Shown: positions 49,516 through 60,695, counted from the first letter of the stretch. The stretch: DNA of 64,000 nt from an uncultured Actinomycetes bacterium (GCA_963742735.1 CAVUMN010000003.1:608001-672000), one strand, 5' to 3'. Program-made: numbers and translations. Notes: generated from the sequence alone by a model not told the origin.

Positions 49516-52254
49516 GTGGCCACGAAGGAACGAGACGTCAAGGCCCGCACCACCGGCCTCAGCTTCAAGCGCTACTTCACGAACGAGGGCGTGCACCCGT
49601 TCGACGAGGTGGAGTGGGACACGCGCGACGCGGTGATCCCGAACTTCAAGGAGGGCGGGAACGCGTTCGAGCAGCGCGACGTCGAGTTTCCGAAGTCCTG
49701 GAGCCAGAACGCGACCAACATCGTGGCCCAGAAGTACTTCCGCGGGCAGCTCGGGACCCCGCAGCGCGAGACCTCCGTCCGACAGCTCGTCGGCCGCGTC
49801 GTCGACACCATCACCGGCTGGGGCGTCAAGGACGGCTACTTCGCCTCGGACGAGGACGCGCGCGTCTTCTCCGAGGAGCTCAGCCACCTGATGGTCACCC
49901 AGAAGGCGGCGTTCAACTCTCCGGTGTGGTTCAACGTCGGCGCGGAGGAGCACCCCCAGTGCTCGGCGTGTTTCATCCTCGCCATCGACGACACCATGTC
50001 GTCCATCCTCAACTGGTACGTCGAGGAGGGGACGATCTTCAAGGGCGGGTCCGGCTCGGGCATCAACCTGTCGCCGATCCGCTCCTCCAAGGAGCGTCTG
50101 GGCGGCGGCGGCACCGCCTCGGGCCCGGTCAGCTTCATGCGCGGCGCCGACGCCTCCGCCGGCACCATCAAGTCCGGCGGCAAGACCCGCCGGGCCGCGA
50201 AGATGGTCGTGCTGAACGTCGACCACCCCGACGTCCGCGACTTCGTCTGGTGCAAGGCGGTCGAGGAGCGCAAGGCCCGCGTCCTGCGGGACTCCGGCTT
50301 CGACATGGACCTCGACGGCAAGGACTCGCACTCCATGCAGTACCAGAACGCGAACAACTCGGTCCGGGTGACCGACGAGTTCATGCAGGCGTTCCTGGAG
50401 GACCGCGACTGGAAGCTGAAGGCCGTCATCGGCGGCGAGTCGGTCGAGTCCGTCCGTGCCCGCGACCTGATGCGCGAGATCGCGCAGGCCGCGTGGGAGT
50501 GCGCCGACCCCGGCATGCAGTACGACACGATCATCAACGACTGGCACACGTGCCCGGCCACGGGGCGCATCAACGCCTCGAACCCGTGCAGCGAGTACAT
50601 GCACCTGGACAACTCGGCGTGCAACCTGGCCAGCCTGAACCTGCTGAAGTTCGCCGACGCCGAGGGCAACTTCGACATCCCCGCGTTCAAGCACGCGGTG
50701 GAGGTCCTGTTCACGGCACAGGAGATCATCGTTGGGAACTCCAGCTACCCGACCGAGAAGATCGGCCAGAACGCCAAGGCGTTCCGCCAGCTCGGCATCG
50801 GCTACGCGAACCTCGGGGCCCTGCTGATGGCCCGGGGGCTCCCGTACGACTCCGACGGCGGCCGGGCCTGGGCGGGGGCGATCACCGCGATCATGACCGG
50901 CCATGCCTACCGGACCAGCGCCAGGATCGCCGAGCACACCGGCCCGTACGCCGGCTACGCGCCCAACCGCGACGCGATGCTGCGGGTGATGCGCAAGCAC
51001 CGGTCGGCGGCGGACGAGATCGACGCCGAGCTCGTGCCCGAGGGGCTCCTCCAGGCGGCGAAGACCGCCTGGGACGAGGCCATCACCCTGGGCGAGGAGC
51101 ACGGTTACCGCAACGCCCAGGCGAGCGTGCTGGCCCCGACCGGGACCATCGGCCTGATGATGGACTGCGACACGACCGGCATCGAGCCCGACCTCGCCCT
51201 GGTCAAGAACAAGAAGCTGGTCGGCGGCGGGACCATGCGGATCGTCAACCAGACGGTCCCGCGGGCCCTCCTGCGGCTGGGCTACACCCAGGAGCAGGCG
51301 GACGCGATCGTCGCCTACATCAGCGAGCACAACTCCGTGCTCGACGCCCCGGCCCTGAAGCCCGAGCACCTGCCCGTTTTCGACACGTCCATGGGCGAGC
51401 AGGCCATCCACTACATGGGCCACGTCAAGATGATGGCGGCGGTCCAGCCGTTCATCTCCGGCGCGATCTCCAAGACCGTGAACATGCCCGAGGACGTCAC
51501 GGTCGAGGAGGTCGAGGAGATGTTCGTGGAGGGCTGGCGCCTCGGCCTGAAGGCGGTGGCGATCTACCGCAACAACTGCAAGGTGGCCCAGCCGCTGTCG
51601 GCCGACTCCAAGAAGAAGGACGCGGCGGCGGCCGCGGCCCTGGCCGAGGGGGCTCGCCCCGAGCGCCGGCGCCTTCCCGCCAGCCGTCCCGCCCGGACCA
51701 TCTCGTTCTCGGTGGGCGACGCCGACGGCTACATCACGGCCGGCGAGTACCCCGACGACGGGATCGGGGAGATCTTCCTGAAGGTCGCCAAGCAGGGCTC
51801 CACCCTGGCCGGTGTCATGGACGCCTTCGCGATCTCGGTCTCCCTGGGCCTGCAGTACGGGGTGCCGCTCGAGGCCTACGTCGAGAAGTTCGTCAACATG
51901 CGCTTCGAGCCGAGCGGGATCACCAGCGACCCCGACGTGCGGTTCGCGTCGAGCCTGGTCGACTACATCTTCCGGCGCCTCGCCCTGGAGTACCTGCCGG
52001 AGGACAAGCGGACGGCGCTGGGGATCCGCTCGATCGAGGAGCGCAAGGCCTCCAACGGCAACGGGGACGACGACGCGCCGGTCCAGGCGTCCTACGCCCC
52101 CTCCGCGCCGGTGGAGCTCCCCGTGACCGAGGTCAGCAAGCCGACCTCCAAGGCCCTCGACGCGCCGCTGTGCTACCAGTGCGGCTCGAAGATGCAGCCC
52201 GCGGGGTCGTGCTACGTGTGCGGCTCCTGCGGCGCGACCAGCGGCTGCAGCTAG
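49516..52254 (+). CDS. nrdJ: Vitamin B12-dependent ribonucleotide reductase (class II)
   Basis: FNSPVWFN, QCSACFI, TRRAAKM, SNPCSEY, ACNLAS, APTGTI, ISGAISKTVN; C-terminal CYQC..CGSCGATSGCS. Confidence 0.97.
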   Translation: MATKERDVKARTTGLSFKRYFTNEGVHPFDEVEWDTRDAVIPNFKEGGNAFEQRDVEFPKSWSQNATNIVAQKYFRGQLGTPQRETSVRQLVGRVVDTITGWGVKDGYFASDEDARVFSEELSHLMVTQKAAFNSPVWFNVGAEEHPQCSACFILAIDDTMSSILNWYVEEGTIFKGGSGSGINLSPIRSSKERLGGGGTASGPVSFMRGADASAGTIKSGGKTRRAAKMVVLNVDHPDVRDFVWCKAVEERKARVLRDSGFDMDLDGKDSHSMQYQNANNSVRVTDEFMQAFLEDRDWKLKAVIGGESVESVRARDLMREIAQAAWECADPGMQYDTIINDWHTCPATGRINASNPCSEYMHLDNSACNLASLNLLKFADAEGNFDIPAFKHAVEVLFTAQEIIVGNSSYPTEKIGQNAKAFRQLGIGYANLGALLMARGLPYDSDGGRAWAGAITAIMTGHAYRTSARIAEHTGPYAGYAPNRDAMLRVMRKHRSAADEIDAELVPEGLLQAAKTAWDEAITLGEEHGYRNAQASVLAPTGTIGLMMDCDTTGIEPDLALVKNKKLVGGGTMRIVNQTVPRALLRLGYTQEQADAIVAYISEHNSVLDAPALKPEHLPVFDTSMGEQAIHYMGHVKMMAAVQPFISGAISKTVNMPEDVTVEEVEEMFVEGWRLGLKAVAIYRNNCKVAQPLSADSKKKDAAAAAALAEGARPERRRLPASRPARTISFSVGDADGYITAGEYPDDGIGEIFLKVAKQGSTLAGVMDAFAISVSLGLQYGVPLEAYVEKFVNMRFEPSGITSDPDVRFASSLVDYIFRRLALEYLPEDKRTALGIRSIEERKASNGNGDDDAPVQASYAPSAPVELPVTEVSKPTSKALDAPLCYQCGSKMQPAGSCYVCGSCGATSGCS

Positions 52255-52270
52255 CGGCCGCCGACAGGCT

Positions 52271-52299
52271 CGAGGGGCGGGCCCCCCGCCCGCCCCTCG
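52271..52299 (+). terminator. Hairpin after nrdJ
   Basis: CGAGGGGCGGGC-N5-GCCCGCCCCTCG. Confidence 0.65.
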
Positions 52300-52319
52300 T
52301 ATCCATTACGGTGCGACCC

Positions 52320-52700
52320 GTGAACCTGAGGCGCGCCGTCGTGGCGCTCCTGCTCCTGCTGGCCGCGTGCGGGCCGGGCGCGCTCGTGCTCCCCGAGGAC
52401 CGCAGCGGCTCCACCGTCACCCTCGAGCCCGGGCAGGAGCTCGTCATCGAGGTCTTCGAGAACGCCTCGATCGGGTGGCAGTGGGACGTCACGACCGACC
52501 CCGACGACGCCGTCCTGCGGTTCGTCGACGAGGCCTACGAGGCCGACTCCCCGGACACCGCAGGCAGCGGAGGCACCGACCGGTTCCGGTTCGAGGCCGT
52601 CGGCCCCGGGAGCACCGAGCTGGTCCTGTCCCGCGACTACCGGAACGAGCGTATCGACAAGACCTTCGAGCTGACCGTGCAGGTGGAGGAGCCCGCGTGA
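52320..52700 (+). CDS. Lipoprotein, protease inhibitor I42 (chagasin) family
   Basis: LLAAC lipobox; ENASIGWQW, AGSGG..FRFEAV..G. Confidence 0.8.
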   Translation: MNLRRAVVALLLLLAACGPGALVLPEDRSGSTVTLEPGQELVIEVFENASIGWQWDVTTDPDDAVLRFVDEAYEADSPDTAGSGGTDRFRFEAVGPGSTELVLSRDYRNERIDKTFELTVQVEEPA

Positions 52701-53128
52701 GGCTTCCCGTTCGGCGGCTGGATCCCGACGCGAGCCTCCCGGCCTCGGCGCATCCGGGCGACGCGGGGCTCGATCTCGCCGCGAACGCCGATGTCGCGGT
52801 CGGCCCGGGGGAGCGGGCAACGGTTCCCACCGGGATCGCGGTGGCGATCCCCGAGGGCCACGCAGGGTGGGTGCTGCCGCGCTCCGGCCTCGCGTCGAAG
52901 CACGGGATCACCCTGGCCAACGCGCCGGGCCTGATCGACGCCGGCTATCGAGGCGAGGTGATGGTCGCCGTGGTGAACCTGGATCGCGAGGCGGCCTACA
53001 CGATCCGCCGCGGCGAGCGCATCGCCCAGCTGGTGATCGCGCCGTTCACCTCGGTGAGCGTCGAGGAACAGGACGCCCTCCCGGCCAGCGAGCGCGGCGA
53101 GGGCGGCTTCGGCTCGACCGGCCGGTAG
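52697..53128 (+). CDS. dut: dUTP diphosphatase
   Basis: GDAGLDL, PRSGLA, PGLIDAGYRGE, ERIAQ, RGEGGFGSTG. Confidence 0.97.
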   Translation: MRLPVRRLDPDASLPASAHPGDAGLDLAANADVAVGPGERATVPTGIAVAIPEGHAGWVLPRSGLASKHGITLANAPGLIDAGYRGEVMVAVVNLDREAAYTIRRGERIAQLVIAPFTSVSVEEQDALPASERGEGGFGSTGR

Positions 53129-53185
53129 CCCTCGGCGCGCGCGGGTGGGTCTGGCCGCGAAACGGTCGGGTACAATCGGGTTCAC

Positions 53186-53261
53186 GCGGACGTGGCTCAG
53201 CTGGTAGAGCACCACCTTGCCAAGGTGGGGGTCGCGGGTTCGAATCCCGTCGTCCGCTCCA
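53186..53261 (+). tRNA. tRNA-Gly (GCC)
   Basis: GCGGACG/CGTCCGC acceptor, anticodon arm CCACC-TTGCCAA-GGTGG, GTTCGAATCC, CCA end; TACAAT upstream. Confidence 0.97.
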
Positions 53262-53274
53262 AATGAAACCGCTG

Positions 53275-53303
53275 GTCAGGGGTCCCTTTCGGGGGCCCCT
53301 GAC
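53275..53303. terminator. Hairpin after tRNA-Gly
   Basis: GTCAGGGGTCCC...GGGCCCCTGAC. Confidence 0.65.
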
Positions 53304-53375
53304 GCATCTTCGGGAGGCGGCCTGACCCGTCTCAGGCCGTAGCCAGGCCGCAGCAGCTTCGGGTTCCGTCACGGG

Positions 53376-53870
53376 TCAGCGACCGCAACGGTCCACTCGC
53401 TCCCATGGCCAGTCGTCGGCGAGCCAGCGTGCGACGGCGTTGGCGAGTGGTACGTCGAGGCCCGATCTGTCCGCCCGTACCCAGGACTGCACCGTGACAT
53501 CCCACTCCTGGGAAACCGAGGGGTACAGGTAGACGCAACCGATGATGTCGCCGTCGCCCGGGTCGAGGACGGTGAAGGTGAAGCCGTTGCCCCGCGTGAA
53601 GTCCTCTGCGTGGCGGCGAAGGTCGGCGAGGTTCTCCTCGAGCGTCATTCCGCTGCGTGGTGGCCAGTTGCCGTCGGGATAGCCGGGAGTGGAGCGTATG
53701 TGCTCGATGCTCGACGTCCAGGCGGCATGATCGGCCTGATTGTGCTGCGGCCCCAGCGGTTCGAGATGGAACTGGTCGTTGACGAGTGAGGTCGGCGGAT
53801 CGAAGCCAGCCGGCACGAACCTGTCCGCGTTCAGACGAGCTACTCGGCTACGGGCCCGTACTGCTCCCAC
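53376..53870 (-). CDS. GNAT-like N-acetyltransferase-fold protein (start uncertain)
   Basis: FHLEPLGPQH..FTFTVLDP..IIGCVYLYP..VQSWV; less GC-biased codons than neighbours. Confidence 0.65.
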   Translation of the reverse strand: MGAVRARSRVARLNADRFVPAGFDPPTSLVNDQFHLEPLGPQHNQADHAAWTSSIEHIRSTPGYPDGNWPPRSGMTLEENLADLRRHAEDFTRGNGFTFTVLDPGDGDIIGCVYLYPSVSQEWDVTVQSWVRADRSGLDVPLANAVARWLADDWPWERVDRCGR

Positions 53871-54394
53871 GCCTCCATGGCGGACTTGACCTGCGGGTCG
53901 CTCAACCGGTCGGCGAAGTAGGCGCGGGTCACCCGATCCACGATCTCGGTCAGATCGCGGTCCTCCAGGAACCGCAGGGTGCGCTCGAGCGACGTGGGGA
54001 TCTCGTCGCGGGTGAACGACACCACGAACTCGAGGGGACCGTCGGCGGAGGCGGTCGGCTCCGGGGCTCGTGCCGTCGTATCGGGGGCCGGCACCTCTCG
54101 GGCCGGCACCTCGGCACTCGCCGTGTTGCCGTTGGCTTCGGGGGCCGGTTTCGGCTGCGACGGGGGCATCTTGATGATCCGCCGCTGCGGCCCCGCTCGG
54201 CGCACCGGAGGCTCCTGGTTCTGTTGGGCGGGCTGCGGGGGCTGAGATCGGGGGTCGAGCTGGGCCTGGGGAGCCGCCTCGTCCATGATCCCCCTCAGCT
54301 CCTCCTGCATCTCCCTGCGAGGGATGCCCTGGATGGGCTGACGGGAGGAGTGCCCGTTCCCCCCGCCGACTCCGAACGATTTGGGTGTGGCCAT
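53840..54394 (-). CDS. Hypothetical protein (Pro/Gln-rich N-terminus, compact C-terminal domain)
   Basis: GGAGG SD before ATG at 54394. Confidence 0.6.
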   Translation of the reverse strand: MATPKSFGVGGGNGHSSRQPIQGIPRREMQEELRGIMDEAAPQAQLDPRSQPPQPAQQNQEPPVRRAGPQRRIIKMPPSQPKPAPEANGNTASAEVPAREVPAPDTTARAPEPTASADGPLEFVVSFTRDEIPTSLERTLRFLEDRDLTEIVDRVTRAYFADRLSDPQVKSAMEAWEQYGPVAE

Positions 54395-54548
54395 GACCGC
54401 CTCCGTTCGTGACTCATTGGTGCTGGGGGGCGGCCATGCGGGCACTACGAACTACGGCCCAGCACCCTAATCTTCGACCAATACGGTAGCCCTCTGTAGC
54501 CAGTCGTCAAGTCCCCACTTCGGGGGATTCGGACTAGGCCTCGGGTTC

Positions 54549-56689
54549 TCAGCGCCGGCAGCGTGGTTTTCGGTGGTGGTAGCAGAACGGCTCGTCGTCG
54601 TCATCGCCGCCGCCGGGGTCACCGCCGCCGGCCGGAGGCTTCGGCTCGGCCGGCTTCTCCTCCTCGGGAACCTCGATGTCCGCGGCCTTCGGGGTCACGG
54701 TGAACTCCGAGAGGTCGGGGTAGGTGAACGAGAGCACGGGCTGGTCCGCCAGGACGACCGACATGAAGTCGTGCCAGATGCCCGCGGGGATCGAGCCGCC
54801 GGTGACCCCGGAGAGGCCGTGCACGTACCTCAGCGGGATCTCGCCCTTGTGGTAGCCGACCCATACGCAGGTGACGAGCTGCGGGACGAAGCCGCAGAAC
54901 CACGCGTCCACGTACTCCTGCGCGGTGCCGGTCTTGCCGGCCACGGGGCGCCCGATGTAGGCCGCTCCGCCCGTGCCGCCGGTGACGACGCCCTCCATCG
55001 CCAGCGTGGCGGCGTCGGCCACGTTCTGGGACAGGACCCGCGTCCCCTCGGGCTTCATCTTCTCCAGGACGTCGCCGTTGGGATCCATGACCTGCTCGAC
55101 CGCCGAGGGGTCGTGGTGGACGCCGCGGGAGGCGATCGTCGCGAAGGCCTCGGTCATCTCCATCGGGGTGACGGAGTTCACCCCGAGGGTGATCGAGCAG
55201 ACCGGCGACAGCTTGGTGTCGATGCCCATGCGCTTGGCCACCTCCGCGACGTTCGCCGGCCCCACCGTGACGGCCAGCTGGGCGAAGATCGTGTTCACCG
55301 AGCTCGCGAGGGCGCTGGACAGGGGCATGGTCCCCTGCCCGGAGTCGCCGTAGTTGCCGGGCTCCCACGGCTCGCCGTTCGTTTCGCACCGCTCGTCGTC
55401 GATCTTGATCTTCGCGGGCCCACGCCACACCGAGCTGGGGGAGATCCCCTTCTCCAGCGCGGCGACGTAGGTGAAGACCTTGAAGGCGCTGCCGGTCTGC
55501 CGGCGGGCCTGGGTGGCCAGGTTGAACTTGCGCTTCTTGAAGTTGACCCCCCCGCCATCGCGCGGATGGCGCCGTTCCTCGGGTCGATGGCGACGAGCGC
55601 CGCGTCGGGGTCCCCGGGCAGGCCGAGCCGGTTCTTGATCGCCGCCTCCGCCGCCCGCTGCCAGGCGAGGTCGATCGTGGTCTTCACCCGCAACCCGCCG
55701 CCGAAGGTCCGCTGCACGCCGTACTGGTTCTGGAGGTAGCGGCGGACGTGGTCCGAGAAGTACGGGGCCATCGACGCCGTGGGGACGCGCGCCTTGACGG
55801 CGAGGGGTTCGGTCTTGAGCGCGGCGGCCCTGGCCGGGCTCAGGTACCCCTCGGCGATCATTCGGTCCAGCACGTAGTTCCGCCGAGCGAGGGCGGCCTC
55901 GGGGTTCTCGACGGGGTCGAAGCGCCCGGGGGCCGCGATCGATCCCGCGAGCGAGGCCGACTGGAGGACGGAGAGCTTCCGGGCGGGGATCCCGAAGAAG
56001 GTCTTGGCGGCGGCCTGCACGCCGTAGGCCCCCTGGCCGAAATAGACGTCGTTCAGATACCGGGTGAGGATCTCGTCCTTGGTCAGCTCGCGGGTGAGCT
56101 TCTCGGCCAGCAGCGCCTCCTGGAGCTTGCGGCCGACGGTGCGGCTCCCGTCCGTGTAGATGTTCTTCACGTACTGCTGGGTGATCGTCGAGCCACCCTC
56201 CTCGATGCGCCCGCTGGCCAGGTTCGTGTAGGCGGCCCGCAGGATGCTCCCCAGGTTCACGCCGCCCTCCCGGTAGAAGTCCTCGCCCTCAACGGCGATG
56301 ACCGCCTGCCGCAGGTGCATGGGCATTTGACCGAGGGGGACCGGGGTGCGGTCGACCTCACCGTGGAACTTGGTGACGAACCGGTTCTCGCGGTCGTAGA
56401 CGTAGCTGCTGGCCGCAGGGATCTTCGCGATGGGGTAGTCGGCGGCCGAGGAGACCGTCTCCCATACCTGCCCGATCGCGGGGGGCAGGACCAGGACCGA
56501 GGCCAGGATCATCACCGCGAGGGGGACGCCGAGCACGAACGCGGCGAGCGTCCACCGGATCAGCGCCAGCGACCGCGGCGCGCGGGGGGGTTCGATGCCG
56601 GAGACCGCCCGCGCCCTGAAGAAGGATTCGACCGCGGACGAGGACGGACCCGTCTCCAGGGTCGTCCAGCGATCGTCCATGTCAGCCAT
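54549..56689 (-). CDS. Class A penicillin-binding protein (PBP1A family), split by one frameshift at a G7 run
   Basis: GGSTITQQYVKN, RKLQE, YLNDVYFG; RQTGSAFK, SVN and KTGT motifs in the second frame; start approximate. Confidence 0.9.
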
Positions 56690-56834
56690 ATCCGTGCTCC
56701 ACCCAGGGCCAGCTACACAAAGCGGAACACTTGTTCCCGGACGCTGCCGGGCGCATGCATCCTCTACGCGCTTTGTACTACGGATCGGATGCATTCGAAG
56801 GCTTTGGTGTCATGTGACCGGCCGGAGCAGCGCG

Positions 56835-56863
56835 GTGACACCCCCGGCATCCGCCCGTACACT
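56835..56863 (+). promoter_or_regulatory. Promoter of tRNA-Cys/Val
   Basis: GTGACA-17 nt-TACACT. Confidence 0.6.
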
Positions 56864-56881
56864 CATTCGAGCAACTCCAGT

Positions 56882-56952
56882 GGCGGGGTGGCCGAGTGGT
56901 TAGGCAGGGGTCTGCAAAACCCCGCACAGCGGTTCAATTCCGCTCCCCGCCT
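56882..56952 (+). tRNA. tRNA-Cys (GCA), CCA not encoded
   Basis: GGCGGGG/CCCCGCC acceptor, loop CTGCAAA, GTTCAATTCC. Confidence 0.93.
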
Positions 56953-56957
56953 CTCGC

Positions 56958-57032
56958 GGGCGCTTAGCTCAGGGGGAGAGCGCTTCCTTGACACGGAAGA
57001 GGTCGGAGGTTCAAATCCTCCAGCGCCCACCA
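56958..57032 (+). tRNA. tRNA-Val (GAC)
   Basis: GGGCGCT/AGCGCCC acceptor, CTTCC-TTGACAC-GGAAG, GTTCAAATCC, ACCA end. Confidence 0.96.
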
Positions 57033-57036
57033 GCAC

Positions 57037-57061
57037 AAGGCCCTGCTCACGGGGCCTTTTT
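57037..57061 (+). terminator. Rho-independent terminator after tRNA-Val
   Basis: AAGGCCCTG-CTCA-CGGGGCC followed by T-run. Confidence 0.75.
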
Positions 57062-57111
57062 CGTGCCCGGGAGCCCGACGGTGGCTCCGTGAACGGTCGA
57101 GCCGGCACGCG

Positions 57112-57915
57112 ATGAGCCCGCGGACCAAGTCCTCGGACCGCTTCGCCTATCTCCGTGAAGCCGCGCTCGCCGCCCTCCGGAGGGAGCCTCCCATCCCCAG
57201 CCCTCGCCTGGGCTTGCCGGTCAGCCACGGCAATTTCGCCCGCTTGGGACGGCGGCTCCTCCAGGTCCTCACCGGTGTTGGTGGGTTGCGCCCCGATGAG
57301 CGTGTCCTCGATGTCGGATGTGGACCGGGCCGCGTCGCTCGAGTGTTGACTCAGTACCTGTCCGAAGGCGGCTCCTACGAAGGTTTCGACGTCGTGCCGG
57401 CGGCCATCGATTGGTGCCAGCGCACGATCGCCGCCCGGCACCCGAACTTCCGCTTCACCCACGTGGACATTCGCAACCAGAGCTACAACCCACAGGGGGC
57501 CATCGAGCCTGCGGAATTCGTCTTTCCCTACCCCGACGAGGACGTGGACTTCGCCTTCCTGATCTCGGTATTCACCCACATGCTCCCCGAGGACATGGAA
57601 CGGTATCTCCGCGAGATCCAGCGGGTCCTCCGCCCCGGAGGCCGGTGTCTCATGACCTTCTTCCTCCTCAACCCGGCTTCGGAGGCCGCCATCGACGAGG
57701 GCCGGGCGCGGAGGGCCTTCTCTCACCAGGGGCCCGGGTATCGCTCGGGTGACCCACGGCTCCACGAGCGGGCGGTGGCCTACACGGAGGACGACGTACG
57801 AGAGGCGCTCCTCGAGGCAGGTTTGACGCTTCGGGAACCGATCCAGCACGGCAGCTGGGCCCAAGGTGGGGGACCCATGGGCCAGGACGTCCTGGTTGCC
57901 GCCCGAAGCGTTTAG
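57112..57915 (+). CDS. Class I SAM-dependent methyltransferase
   Basis: [28 protein letters not shown]. Confidence 0.9.
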   Translation: MSPRTKSSDRFAYLREAALAALRREPPIPSPRLGLPVSHGNFARLGRRLLQVLTGVGGLRPDERVLDVGCGPGRVARVLTQYLSEGGSYEGFDVVPAAIDWCQRTIAARHPNFRFTHVDIRNQSYNPQGAIEPAEFVFPYPDEDVDFAFLISVFTHMLPEDMERYLREIQRVLRPGGRCLMTFFLLNPASEAAIDEGRARRAFSHQGPGYRSGDPRLHERAVAYTEDDVREALLEAGLTLREPIQHGSWAQGGGPMGQDVLVAARSV

Positions 57916-57994
57916 GCGCCGCGCCCCAGGTTTGCCGCCCACCCCGTCCTCTGCGTACTCGCCCGGTCCAGACGTCAGGTGGGAGGATGCCCGC

Positions 57995-59650
57995 ATGGCC
58001 GATCGGCTTCGTGAACCGCCGGGGGAGGGGTGGCGGGCGCTCGACGCGGGCGACTGGAGCGAGGCCCTCGCGGCGTTCGAGCGCGACCTGACGGCGAGCG
58101 AGACGGCGGCGAGCCTGGACGGGCTGGCTCGATCCCGGTGGTGGCTGGCGGACGTCCCCGGCGCCATCGACGCCTGGGAGCGAGCCTTCGCCGCGTACCG
58201 GCGGGAGGGCGACGACGGAGCGGCCGCGCAGGTCGCGCTGTTCCTCTCGAAGGAACACGGGTCGACGCTGGGCAATCCGGCGGTGGCGAGCGGGTGGCTG
58301 GGCCGGGCTCGCACGCTCCTGTCGGAGCTGGCGCCCTCGCCGGTCCACGGGTGGTTGTTCCTGGCCGAGTCCGAAGCCGAGCCGGACCCCTCGGGCTCGC
58401 TGGAGCTGGCCTCCCGGGCTCTGGAGATCGGCCGGGAGCTTCGCGACGCGGACCTCGAGCTGACCGCCATGGGACGGGTCGGCCTGGCCGAGGTGTGGCT
58501 GGGCCGCGTCGAGCAGGGCCTGGCCAGGTTCGACGAGGCGATGGCCGCCGCGACCGCCCGCGAATCCCGCGACCTTCGAACGCTCGGCGACCTCTACTGC
58601 TCGATGATGCTGACCAGCGAGGCGACGCTCGACGGACAGCGGTTCGCGCAGTGGAACCGCGCCTTGTTCGGCTACATGAAGCGCTACAACCACCCGGACG
58701 TCCTCACGTTCTGCGGAACGTGCTGCGCCGAGGTCATCGGCGCGGGCGGCGATTGGGACCAGGGCGAGAAGTGGCTGACCGACACGCTGGGGAGCCTCCG
58801 GTCGAGTGGCCAGCAGGCTCGGTGCGTGCACCCGTCCACCCGGCTCGCGTCCCTTCGCATCCTCCAGGGACGGCTGGAGGAGGCCGAGGAGCTCCTTCGC
58901 GGATACGAGGACCTGCCCGAGGCGACCCAGCCCCAGGTCGCGCTGTACCTGGCCCGAGGACAGACGGCGCTCGCTGCGGCCCGGCTTCACCGTCGCCTGA
59001 ATCAGATGGGACGAGACACCCTGCTCGCCGCGCCGCTTCTGTCCCAGCTGGTCGAGATCCAGCTGGCGCAGGCCGACCTCGCCGGAGCGCGAACGACAGC
59101 CGACACGCTCACCGGGATCGCCCGGCGATCGGGCCTCCGCCGGCTCGAGGCCGAGGCGGAGCTGGCCGAGGGCTCGGTCCTGGCCGCGACGTCCGAGCTC
59201 GAGGAGGGGGCCGTCCTGCTCGGCCGGGCCGTCGAGGGATTCACGGCCACCCAGATCCCACACGGTGCCGCGAGGGCGCACCTGGCTCTGGCGCGAGGGC
59301 TCGCGGTTGAGGACCCGGAGCGGGCGGTGGAGGAGGCACGTCAGGCCTTCGAGGGGTTCGAACGGCTGGGCGCGACCCGCGACGCCGACATCGCCGCCGG
59401 CTTCCTCCGGGACCTCGGGGCTCGTGGCCGGACCGGGCCGAAGCTCCTGGGAACGCTCTCGAAGCGCGAGACGGAGGTATTGCGGCTTCTCGGCTACGGC
59501 CTGACCAACGCCGAGATCGCGGCTCGCCTCTACATCAGCACGAAGACCGTGGCCACCCACGTGGGCAACATCTTCTCGAAGCTGCAGGTGCGGAACCGCT
59601 CCGAGGCGGCCACCTTCGCCCAGCGGTCCCTCGAGGACGTCACTCCGTGA
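57995..59650 (+). CDS. LuxR-family regulator with large TPR-like helical sensor region
   Basis: C-terminal [34 protein letters not shown]; no Walker A. Confidence 0.9.
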   Translation: MADRLREPPGEGWRALDAGDWSEALAAFERDLTASETAASLDGLARSRWWLADVPGAIDAWERAFAAYRREGDDGAAAQVALFLSKEHGSTLGNPAVASGWLGRARTLLSELAPSPVHGWLFLAESEAEPDPSGSLELASRALEIGRELRDADLELTAMGRVGLAEVWLGRVEQGLARFDEAMAAATARESRDLRTLGDLYCSMMLTSEATLDGQRFAQWNRALFGYMKRYNHPDVLTFCGTCCAEVIGAGGDWDQGEKWLTDTLGSLRSSGQQARCVHPSTRLASLRILQGRLEEAEELLRGYEDLPEATQPQVALYLARGQTALAAARLHRRLNQMGRDTLLAAPLLSQLVEIQLAQADLAGARTTADTLTGIARRSGLRRLEAEAELAEGSVLAATSELEEGAVLLGRAVEGFTATQIPHGAARAHLALARGLAVEDPERAVEEARQAFEGFERLGATRDADIAAGFLRDLGARGRTGPKLLGTLSKRETEVLRLLGYGLTNAEIAARLYISTKTVATHVGNIFSKLQVRNRSEAATFAQRSLEDVTP

Positions 59651-59736
59651 CTCCGCTCGAGAATCGGTAATCCTTCCGATCCTCCCACCGGCGTCCGCTG
59701 CGACGCTTGGCCTCGCACCGAGAGGAGGCGAGGCAC

Positions 59737-60288
59737 ATGGCGAAGGAGCACCCGAAGCGCACGATGTGGCCGGACCCGGCCCTGCGATTCGAGGGGTCGA
59801 CGCGAGCCCCGGCCGATGCCGTCTACGACCTGCTGGCCGACCTCCAGAGCCACCTGGACTGGGCGGGAGAGCGTCAGCTCGAGACCACCCGGCTGCTCAC
59901 GCTCGAGGCCCCCCCCGGACCGGCCGGCGTGGGAACGGAGTTCTTCAGTACGGGATCGGACGGCAAGGCCGCGCGGTGGGCGGACCGCTCGGTCGTGACG
60001 GAGGCCACCCGGCCCGAGGTGTTCGAGTTCGTCACCGAGGGCCGGCGGCAGGGAAGGCCCGGGACCGAGCCGTGGCGGTTCACCGCGGTGAACCGGTACG
60101 ACATCGCCCGCGAAGGCGAGGGCAGCCGGGTCACGTTCACGCAACAGGTGACCCGATGGGAGGGGGCACCAAAGGTCCTGCGTCTGCCGGGCCTGATGCG
60201 GTTGCTGTTCCGCTACAGCAGCAAGTTCATGCGGCGCGGGTTCGACGGCCTGCTCGCGATGGCCCAGGAACGAGTCGGCGTCGCGTAG
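59737..60288 (+). CDS. SRPBCC (polyketide cyclase/START-like) family protein
   Basis: APADAVYDLLAD, GVGTEF, VTEATRPEVFEF, GSRVTF; GGAGG SD. Confidence 0.8.
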   Translation: MAKEHPKRTMWPDPALRFEGSTRAPADAVYDLLADLQSHLDWAGERQLETTRLLTLEAPPGPAGVGTEFFSTGSDGKAARWADRSVVTEATRPEVFEFVTEGRRQGRPGTEPWRFTAVNRYDIAREGEGSRVTFTQQVTRWEGAPKVLRLPGLMRLLFRYSSKFMRRGFDGLLAMAQERVGVA

Positions 60289-60314
60289 GCGCGCCGGGAC
60301 GAAAGGAGCACGAC

Positions 60315-60695
<381 letters not shown>

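Noticed and set aside
49516-52254. Intein or intron in nrdJ or recA
   Set aside because: Normal lengths and continuous motifs; no splice-junction or homing endonuclease motifs
4396-52299. Same AGGGGCGGGC/GCCCGCCCCT arms at 4397 and 52273 as a REP-like family
   Set aside because: Only two copies, both directly after stop codons; consistent with GC-rich terminators
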